DNA of 64,000 nucleotides from an uncultured bacterium (GTDB lineage Bacteria; Chlamydiota; Chlamydiia; Chlamydiales; SM23-39): NCBI GenBank assembly GCA_963716985.1, contig OY970323.1, positions 1,088,001 to 1,152,000 of the forward strand, read 5' to 3'. Shown piece by piece: positions 62,850 to 64,000 of this stretch (position 1 is its first letter; each line of letters starts with the position of its first letter). The notes under the pieces were generated by a model. It saw only the letters and a program-made list of their open reading frames with translations, ran no database searches and was not told where the DNA came from. The position numbers and the translations under genes were made by a program.

Positions 62850-64000
62850 ATGAGCATTTCAATAAATTCACCTCCATTCCCTTTCTCAAAGTACTCAACA
62901 AGTGCAACGGTCACAGAAGAACCTTCTCCCGCTCCGTCCCTGTCCTCAACCAGTGCAAGGGTCAATAGAATGTATCCTCTCTCCTTAACTCCTCAAAAAC
63001 GAGCTTCAATGACCCATGACGACCTGGAACGTCTGACTCCCGAACAGCGAGACTGGAAATTGCGCGATGGAGTGCATATTTCCTCTAGCCTGCAAAAAAG
63101 ATTGCGTTTGGCGAGAGAACAACAGCGCGAACAAGAAGCGGGGTGGTCACGAGAATTTGAGTGGCCTTCATGGGGAATGCCAGTTGCAACTCAAATCGAA
63201 TCTTTTTCTTGTTTGTTTCCATTTCCATGTGCAGTTTGTTTTAGCATAGGAAGGGGAAGAAAAACGATGGAAGATCGACACCTTGCGGCATCGATTTCTG
63301 TCAATATTTTAGGCAATGAAAAAACCGCTCACGTTTTTGGCGTATTCGATGGCCATTTGAGCAGCTGTGCTTCAGAATTTGTTCAGAAAGAGCTTCTTTT
63401 TGAGCTTCAGACACAAATCAAACGCATGGATGGAATATTCCGGACGCCTAAAGAAATAATCTGGAATGCTCTAAAAATGACCTTTGTTTCGCTCCATCGG
63501 AATTTTCTATCTTCACGTCAACAAGGCATGAGCCAAGAAGAATTTTGTTGCGGTACTACCGCCGTTGTCGCAATGGTTTTGGACCGTGAGCTCTGGGTGG
63601 CGAATGTCGGCGATTCCAGAGCAATCCTTCACGTGATTGGTTCGGAAGAAAGCATGCAGCTGACAGAAGACATGAAACCAGAAAAATCCTTGATACCGGG
63701 GATGGTAAAAGCAGGTCTTACTGCTCTTTCCACAAGTTGTACAAGCCGCATTGCAAAACGAGGAGGGTGGGTCAGCAGAGATTGTCTTGGGACGGCTCGC
63801 ATATGCGGTATACTTAGCACCGGCGGCGCTATCGGTGACTTCGGGATACCCGGGATCACCGCACGTCCATTCATCACTATGTTTGACCTGTCTTCGCGAC
63901 CTCCGGATGCTGATATAGAACTTATTTTGTGTTGTGATGGTGTTACGGATACAGCGACAACTTCCCAAATCGCAACTACTCGCAAACAACTACGGCACGA
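62850..64000 (+). CDS. PP2C/PPM Ser/Thr phosphatase with S/P/T-rich N-terminal extension (runs off the window end)
   Basis: Manual translation from ATG 62850: GRGRKTMEDRH, FGVFDGH, GTTAVV, VANVGDSRA, AIGD, LILCCDGVTD; absent from ORF track because there is no stop in the window. Confidence 0.9.
   Translation, partial: MSISINSPPFPFSKYSTSATVTEEPSPAPSLSSTSARVNRMYPLSLTPQKRASMTHDDLERLTPEQRDWKLRDGVHISSSLQKRLRLAREQQREQEAGWSREFEWPSWGMPVATQIESFSCLFPFPCAVCFSIGRGRKTMEDRHLAASISVNILGNEKTAHVFGVFDGHLSSCASEFVQKELLFELQTQIKRMDGIFRTPKEIIWNALKMTFVSLHRNFLSSRQQGMSQEEFCCGTTAVVAMVLDRELWVANVGDSRAILHVIGSEESMQLTEDMKPEKSLIPGMVKAGLTALSTSCTSRIAKRGGWVSRDCLGTARICGILSTGGAIGDFGIPGITARPFITMFDLSSRPPDADIELILCCDGVTDTATTSQIATTRKQLRH

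Noticed and set aside
63067..63989. Track ORFs 63067..63249, 63513..63989 and 63629..63985
   Set aside because: They overlap the PP2C frame, which has clear catalytic motifs.

Overview
Chromosomal segment of an environmental member of the Chlamydiae. The assignment rests on gene order (gatCAB with rnhC and the RodZ-like HTH; ihf, a conserved hypothetical, accA, msbA and dnaQ; pdhABC) and on a Pkn1-type kinase-FGE fusion. A housekeeping backbone (xerD, gatCAB, recN, rnhC, ispH, opp genes, rimO, hppA, sdaA, groESL, ptsH, rpiA, tyrS, ihf, accA, msbA, dnaQ, pdhABC) is interspersed with orphan, effector-like genes that sit behind AT-rich intergenic tracts. These are: three tandem F-box/LRR paralogs whose predicted substrate-binding positions vary strongly, flanked by two paralogous Inc-like membrane proteins; a cyclin-box-like protein; a PP2C phosphatase missed by the ORF track; an M48-like protease; a sphingomyelinase-like enzyme; and an EarP-like glycosyltransferase. 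Mobile DNA comprises an IS66-family element interrupted by an apparently intact group II intron whose splicing restores the transposase frame, an IS982-family element at the ptsH start, a 190-bp MITE and a degenerate palindrome. All calls come from manual motif reading; no database search was run.
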